DNA of 12,709 bases, taken from NCBI GenBank assembly GCA_964493715.1, contig CAZBPC010000094.1, positions 1-12,709 on the forward strand, read 5' to 3'. Positions within the stretch are counted from its first letter, which is position 1. Each line of letters starts with the position of its first letter. The position numbers and the translations under genes were made by a program. Positions 7,746-12,709 of the stretch are shown here, one piece after another. Origin of the DNA: an uncultured archaeon. GTDB lineage: Archaea; Asgardarchaeota; Lokiarchaeia; Sigyniarchaeales; SOKP01. The notes beneath the pieces were generated by a model. That model was not told where the DNA came from. It did not search any database and was given only the letters and a program-made list of their open reading frames with translations.

Positions 7746-8426
7746 TTGAATAAAAAACATAAGCAAATATTAAATGTCCTCTTTTTAAGTTTCCTTATTA
7801 TTTGCATTTTTTTCAGCGTTAATGTAAAAGCCCAAACATTCAATTTAGAAATAAAGGAAAATGATGAATTTGTATGGGAGATAAAAGAATTAAATATAGA
7901 TAAATTTGAATACACTTTCAATACAGAACCAAATTTTGACATTGGAGATCAAGTAAAAATGGTTATTAGAGACGTCACGGATCTAAAAGGAGTTAGATGG
8001 TCAGTTACTGTTGAATTTTGGGATTACGGAACTGATTGGACTGCTAGTGGAGAGCTTGAATATTTGAGTATATATGAATCTCCTACTGAGTATGATGATT
8101 ATCTCTTTGTTCCAACTCCTGTAGATGATTATTTTAAAACGGCCATCGAGAGTTTACCATCAGATTATTATTCTAATTCCCCATTAACTATCGGAAGACA
8201 AGCAAGAAGTGATACAGGTATCCCTTACAGAGTAGAGAAGAGTTTCGATATTCATGGAATTTTATTATCTGAAACTTACTTTAATGAACAAAATTCAGTT
8301 ATCGTAAAGTTAGAAGGAACATTCTTCTTGGTGCCATTAGGATTCTCTTTTATAGGATTCATGGCGATAGCGATAATTTCGATAATAGCAATATTCTTTA
8401 AAAAGAATAAAATAAGTATTGGTTAG
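7746..8426 (+). CDS. Secreted, C-terminally membrane-anchored surface protein
   Basis: Basic-hydrophobic signal peptide ending VKA|QT, acidic ectodomain, then VPLGF + transmembrane helix + KKNK tail. TTG start. Confidence 0.8.
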   Translation: MNKKHKQILNVLFLSFLIICIFFSVNVKAQTFNLEIKENDEFVWEIKELNIDKFEYTFNTEPNFDIGDQVKMVIRDVTDLKGVRWSVTVEFWDYGTDWTASGELEYLSIYESPTEYDDYLFVPTPVDDYFKTAIESLPSDYYSNSPLTIGRQARSDTGIPYRVEKSFDIHGILLSETYFNEQNSVIVKLEGTFFLVPLGFSFIGFMAIAIISIIAIFFKKNKISIG

Positions 8427-8434
8427 CTAGACGT

Positions 8435-8842
8435 TTAGAATTTAAAATCTTTTTGGTATTCTCGATATCCTAACTTTAGAAGCTTTAAACTTGATTTATT
8501 CAGTTTATTATCAACCTCAATTCCAGGACGTGGATTGTTCATCATATTATGATAAAGAGTATAATAATCATCTGTTGATGGATTATTTCGAATTAAATCA
8601 AGAATTGCCTTTTCTGTGAAATATAAAATTAGATCAGGTTTGAAACCAGGATTTATTTTAGTCATTTCTACAGTATTAGCATCTTTTTTAAATAAAAAAT
8701 AACGTAGTTTAGCGTGTTCTTCACGTGTAGATTCCTCAGTAATGATATATTCCCAACAGGCGTTAATACTAAGATGTCTCATCAAATCAGGGTTCTTTGA
8801 AAAATAAGCTTTTAATTTCTCATATAATTCTTTAGTTTCCAT
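8435..8842 (-). CDS. Hypothetical protein B, SCP2-like features, paralogue of 10406-10867
   Basis: 135-aa ORF with KPDLILYFTEKAILDLI resembling the SCP2 (P/A)DxxL...helix segment. Fold assignment is tentative. Confidence 0.7.
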   Translation of the reverse strand: METKELYEKLKAYFSKNPDLMRHLSINACWEYIITEESTREEHAKLRYFLFKKDANTVEMTKINPGFKPDLILYFTEKAILDLIRNNPSTDDYYTLYHNMMNNPRPGIEVDNKLNKSSLKLLKLGYREYQKDFKF

Positions 8843-8862
8843 ATTTGTAAAAATGTATAAGG

Positions 8863-10356
8863 TTATTTGATATTCTCAAGATTCGTCGGAGTTCCATCAT
8901 AAATATATTTTTGATATACTAGCTCTTGGGGATAATATTTGCATCCTGAAGGATAAGCTGAATCCTTAATTCCACCTAAAGCAACGGTTATATCAGTTAA
9001 CATGGGTCTAGCATTAATATATATATTCGCTGCTTCTAATTCCCTTTTGAAAACCTCAATTTCTTCCAAGTTGGTCGAGTATACTACTGCTCTCATCCCA
9101 TAATTACTAGCATTTGCAAGTCTGATTGCATCCTTTAAACTATTAGCTTTAGTAATTGATCGCACGGGACCAAATGCCTCTTCGCGCCATAGAAAAGGTG
9201 CTTTGGTCAGATCTTCGCATAGTTCAGGTTTGATCTCCACAAGTGTAGGTTTATAAAATAATCCATAATCTTCACCAGTGTCAATTTTTTCAGCACCTGT
9301 ATATATATGAGTATTATAATTTTTTGCATCCTCAACCATAACATCCATCATCATTAATATACGTCGAGATCCTAATGGTCCGATGTCAACAGTGGGATCT
9401 GTGGGGTCTCCATATCTCAATTTTTCAATTTCTTTTACTAAACATTCTACATAATCATCATAAATATCTCGATGTACGATTATTCGCTTCATAGAGAAGC
9501 ATTGTTGACCTGAATTGGTGTAACTTGCCATGGCATTCCATTTGGCAACTTTTTCTAAATTGACATCATTCATCACGATTCCAGCATCATTTCCCGCGCA
9601 TTCAAAGAAGAATTGTTTAAAGGGTTGAGTATACATTTCTACTCCCATCGATTTATTTGAAGTTTTTTTCAATAATCTTCCATATCTTACAAGAATATCT
9701 TTTGCTGTATGTGAGGAGGTAACTGTCATAATAATTTTGATAAGATGAGATTTCAGAAATTCATCTACTGCCCATTCACCAGGAGCAATGATCAAATTTA
9801 ATGCATCTAAACCAGGTAGATTCGTATCTTCCATGGTAGAAAAAGCTTCTAGCATAGTTAAAGGACAAGCGGTAGATGGCTTAACAATCGCACCATTCCC
9901 CACTAAATAGTTAGCACCCAACTGATAAAGGGGAAGACTAATAGGTGTGTTACGTGGGGAAATACAAGCAGATAGTCCATGTGGAATATACTTTATTATT
10001 ACATTTTGCTCTCCTTCAATCCCAGTTAATGGTTTGTCTTCTATAAATTGATAATACCAATCACAAAATCGGAAACCGGTTAAAACAATATTCAATTCCC
10101 ATTCCGAGTATTTGATCGGCAGACCTCCTTCAGCAACAACTAAATCTTTTAATTTATTCTTTTTAAATCGCATTTTACCTGCATATTTAGAGAGATTTTG
10201 AGCGCGTTCAAAGAAGTCCATTTTATTGAGTAGATGTTGTGATTCATACACTTTTTTTATTTTATCTCTAAGAGACTCAGGAGTATCTGCTTTTATGGTA
10301 TCAATAACTTCTCCAGTATATTTATTCTTTATTTCTAATTCTGATGATTTTGACAT
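8863..10356 (-). CDS. Aldehyde dehydrogenase family protein (divergent motifs)
   Basis: SPRNTP, GNGAIVKPS, FECAGND (catalytic Glu), NSGQQC (catalytic Cys), EEAFGPV, ANASNYGM. ATG 10356 is preceded by SD-like AGGTG; the track's GTG at 10365 lies within that SD. Confidence 0.92.
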   Translation of the reverse strand: MSKSSELEIKNKYTGEVIDTIKADTPESLRDKIKKVYESQHLLNKMDFFERAQNLSKYAGKMRFKKNKLKDLVVAEGGLPIKYSEWELNIVLTGFRFCDWYYQFIEDKPLTGIEGEQNVIIKYIPHGLSACISPRNTPISLPLYQLGANYLVGNGAIVKPSTACPLTMLEAFSTMEDTNLPGLDALNLIIAPGEWAVDEFLKSHLIKIIMTVTSSHTAKDILVRYGRLLKKTSNKSMGVEMYTQPFKQFFFECAGNDAGIVMNDVNLEKVAKWNAMASYTNSGQQCFSMKRIIVHRDIYDDYVECLVKEIEKLRYGDPTDPTVDIGPLGSRRILMMMDVMVEDAKNYNTHIYTGAEKIDTGEDYGLFYKPTLVEIKPELCEDLTKAPFLWREEAFGPVRSITKANSLKDAIRLANASNYGMRAVVYSTNLEEIEVFKRELEAANIYINARPMLTDITVALGGIKDSAYPSGCKYYPQELVYQKYIYDGTPTNLENIK

Positions 10357-10405
10357 TTTAAACACCTTTTTACATAGTTAATATTATAAATTTGACGATT
10401 AATTA

Positions 10406-10867
10406 CTATATATTATTATAATCAGATTCGAGGATTCCAGCCGTTTGGGCGAACTTTCCGTATCCCATATCTAATAAAATTTGAGTTCTTTTATGTAACA
10501 TAAAATCTATCCACCCATTTTCCTCATCCGGTTCATTAAAAAAAGATCCTAAAAGGTGGGCATATTCTTCTTTATCTTTAGTTTTAATCAATTTTTCAAC
10601 TGCATCTATAGATAATGCTAGTTCTAAATCAGCTTCCTTTGCTTTCCCTGGTTTTATTTCAATGCCATTTCCATTAGAAAGAACATTAAAACTATCAATG
10701 GGTGATCCATTATCATAAGATTCAAGTGAATTATAAATTGCAAAATCAAAGATTGAACCCGAAATTAAATCAGAAAAAATCTCTGGATATTGAGTTAGGA
10801 ATAAAGTATACTTTTTCGCTATTTCCGTTTTATATTCATTATTTTTAATAATTGCACTTGATTTCAT
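10406..10867 (-). CDS. Hypothetical protein A, SCP2-like features, paralogue of 8435-8842
   Basis: 153-aa ORF with IEIKPGKAKEADLELALSIDAVEKLI, an SCP2-like segment. Start overlaps the SDR stop (ATGA, 10864-10867). Confidence 0.72.
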   Translation of the reverse strand: MKSSAIIKNNEYKTEIAKKYTLFLTQYPEIFSDLISGSIFDFAIYNSLESYDNGSPIDSFNVLSNGNGIEIKPGKAKEADLELALSIDAVEKLIKTKDKEEYAHLLGSFFNEPDEENGWIDFMLHKRTQILLDMGYGKFAQTAGILESDYNNI

Positions 10868-11901
10868 TTAACCACCCTTATTCCAATTTTCTTTTTTTTC
10901 TTTCCATTCACATTTATAAAATCTTTATACCATTTAACAGTCTCAGTTAATCCTTCCCTTATAGGTGTTATTTTAAAACCTAATTTTTTTATGGCAGATT
11001 CTGAAGAGAATGCCCAATTATAATCCATACCAATTATCATATCAGGTGTAATATAAGGGACTCTTTTTTTTGTGAATATGGTTTTAGATTTGCATAATCT
11101 AGCATAGATCATTCCGAGCCATTTGGGGAAGCGTCGGGGTCTTTTAACTCCTGCTATCTCTGCAATTAAATCAAGAAATCCTCCAATTGTTATATTATCT
11201 CCCCCTAAAACGAAACCTTGACCATAAAAATTATCTTTACCAATAATGCTAGCCATTCCATTTATTACATCACCTAAATAGCACATGCAAAAAACAGATT
11301 CTCCTTTACCAGGAAGACCTAAGAACTGTCCAGCAACTATGTCAAAAACCATTTCTCCGTAAATGTTGAAGTCTCCCGGACCATAAACAAAACCAGGATA
11401 AAATATCACGGATTTAAGTCCTTTTTCAATAAATTCCTTTATTTTCTCACGTCCGAGATATTTTGTTTTCTCATATTCATTTATGAAAAAATCTACGTGT
11501 TGAAAGTTTTCATTTGTTGGCTCAGTGCTATTAACTGGATTTGGTCCTATTGCTCCAAAAGAGCTCATATATATTAGAGGGATATTTTTTTCGAATGCTA
11601 CTTTAGCGATATTTTCAGCACCAAGAACATTAATGTTATAATAAGAAGATTTATCCTTTGCCCAAATCTTGACATATCCCGCAAGATGATAAATTAAATC
11701 AATATCATTTATTGCCTTATATAAACTATCGATATCTTGTACATCCCCAATGGAATATTCAATATTATTTAAATTCTTAAAATGGGTTGTATTGCTATTT
11801 TGCCTTATTAATAGTTTTAAAGAATGTCCAAAGGAATTCAATTTTTTAACAAGGGGGATGCCAATAAATCCTGTACCACCGGTTATTAGTATTTTAGCCA
11901 T
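10864..11901 (-). CDS. Extended SDR, NAD-dependent epimerase/dehydratase family (HpnA/farnesol dehydrogenase-like)
   Basis: ITGGTGFIG, GDV, YHLAG, NVLG, YMSS, YEKTK (YxxxK), YPGFVYGPG. ATG 11901 is preceded by SD-like TGAGGA; alternative start 11925. Confidence 0.9.
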   Translation of the reverse strand: MAKILITGGTGFIGIPLVKKLNSFGHSLKLLIRQNSNTTHFKNLNNIEYSIGDVQDIDSLYKAINDIDLIYHLAGYVKIWAKDKSSYYNINVLGAENIAKVAFEKNIPLIYMSSFGAIGPNPVNSTEPTNENFQHVDFFINEYEKTKYLGREKIKEFIEKGLKSVIFYPGFVYGPGDFNIYGEMVFDIVAGQFLGLPGKGESVFCMCYLGDVINGMASIIGKDNFYGQGFVLGGDNITIGGFLDLIAEIAGVKRPRRFPKWLGMIYARLCKSKTIFTKKRVPYITPDMIIGMDYNWAFSSESAIKKLGFKITPIREGLTETVKWYKDFINVNGKKKKKIGIRVVK

Positions 11902-12053
11902 TTCCTCAACTTTTAATGAGTACATCGATAATTTTGTTTTATAAACTCTTAATCAAATTTTAAACAAATCATACTCATGCTATTTGTAACAGTTAAAAGT
12001 TTGAAATGTATTAAAGCATACTTATATTCTTACAGAATTGTAAAAAAGGATAA

Positions 12054-12060
12054 TATTTAT
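12054..12060 (+). promoter_or_regulatory. Candidate TATA box (TATTTAT) with upstream purine-rich BRE-like tract
   Basis: AAAAAAGGATAATATTTAT ends 25 nt before ATG 12085; the same heptamer ends 26 nt before ATG 3787. Confidence 0.5.
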
Positions 12061-12084
12061 TTTATAATGATCTAAATACTCAAG

Positions 12085-12636
12085 ATGAAGGATAATAAAT
12101 ATTATGAATTCCAAGCACAGCTTTCACTCCCATTTTTGTCTACTTCAACAGAAGCATTATTTCAAATATTTAAGACGTTGGAAAATCAGTTTGGTTTAAT
12201 AAAAGGTTCATCACAAAAATTCATAGATCTTGGAGCAGGAAATGGTGTTGTAGTTATATTTTCAGCACTGAACTATAGCATATCATCTCTCGGGATAGAG
12301 ATTAATGATGTCTTGATTAATGAAATAAAAGATCATATTAAAATTTTAAAAGAAACGAAAAAATACTCATCTAAAATCCTCCACAAAATAGTCATAAAAA
12401 AGAAAGATCTTTTCCAGCAAGATCTAAGCAATTTCGACTACGTTTATCTTTTCACTTTACCAACAATGCAAAAATACTTAAAACACGTATTTCTTACTGC
12501 GAAGGAAGGTTCGATTTTTATATCATATAAATATCCTTTAGAAGGATTTGAGTCCATTCTCAAATTGGAGTATGTTCTTGATATTATAGAAACAGATTTG
12601 GTTAAGACTTATTTCTATATGAAATTGAATTCCTGA
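12085..12636 (+). CDS. Class I SAM-dependent methyltransferase, FAM173/aKMT-like (possible protein-lysine methyltransferase)
   Basis: LPFLST, IDLGAGNG (motif I), GIEIN, DLFQQDLSNFDYVYLF, GSIFISYKYPL. Substrate is inferred, not shown. Confidence 0.78.
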   Translation: MKDNKYYEFQAQLSLPFLSTSTEALFQIFKTLENQFGLIKGSSQKFIDLGAGNGVVVIFSALNYSISSLGIEINDVLINEIKDHIKILKETKKYSSKILHKIVIKKKDLFQQDLSNFDYVYLFTLPTMQKYLKHVFLTAKEGSIFISYKYPLEGFESILKLEYVLDIIETDLVKTYFYMKLNS

Positions 12637-12709
12637 AGTGGAATGTTAAAAATACATCATAATATCATGATATGATAATTTGAACGTGAAATGAGTGTTT
12701 CACGAAAAA

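Noticed and set aside
7733-7942. 69-aa minus-strand ORF
   Set aside because: Antisense shadow of the surface-protein gene.
11750-11944. 64-aa + strand ORF
   Set aside because: Antisense to the SDR Rossmann-fold region.

Overview
AT-rich archaeal chromosomal DNA; the archaeal-type GluRS, bulge-helix-bulge tRNA introns and a CTERM-like surface protein suggest Asgard/Lokiarchaeia, which is inference only. The window holds the 5' part of gltX (missed by the ORF track), a stand-alone Lrp/AsnC RAM-domain protein, and two HAD hydrolases flanking a tRNA-Arg(GCG) gene split by two non-canonical introns (D-loop and T-loop). It continues with a hypothetical protein, a sugar-phosphate nucleotidyltransferase lacking the signature Arg, an amidase, a DUF3795-like Cys-rich protein flanked by ~95-bp degenerate direct repeats, and a membrane-anchored surface protein. 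A four-gene minus-strand cluster follows (farnesol-dehydrogenase-like SDR, small protein A, atypical aldehyde dehydrogenase, small protein B), in which A and B are paralogues with SCP2-like features, then a FAM173/aKMT-like methyltransferase. The strongest leads are the double-intron tRNA, the putative lipid-alcohol oxidation cluster and the duplicated intergenic element.
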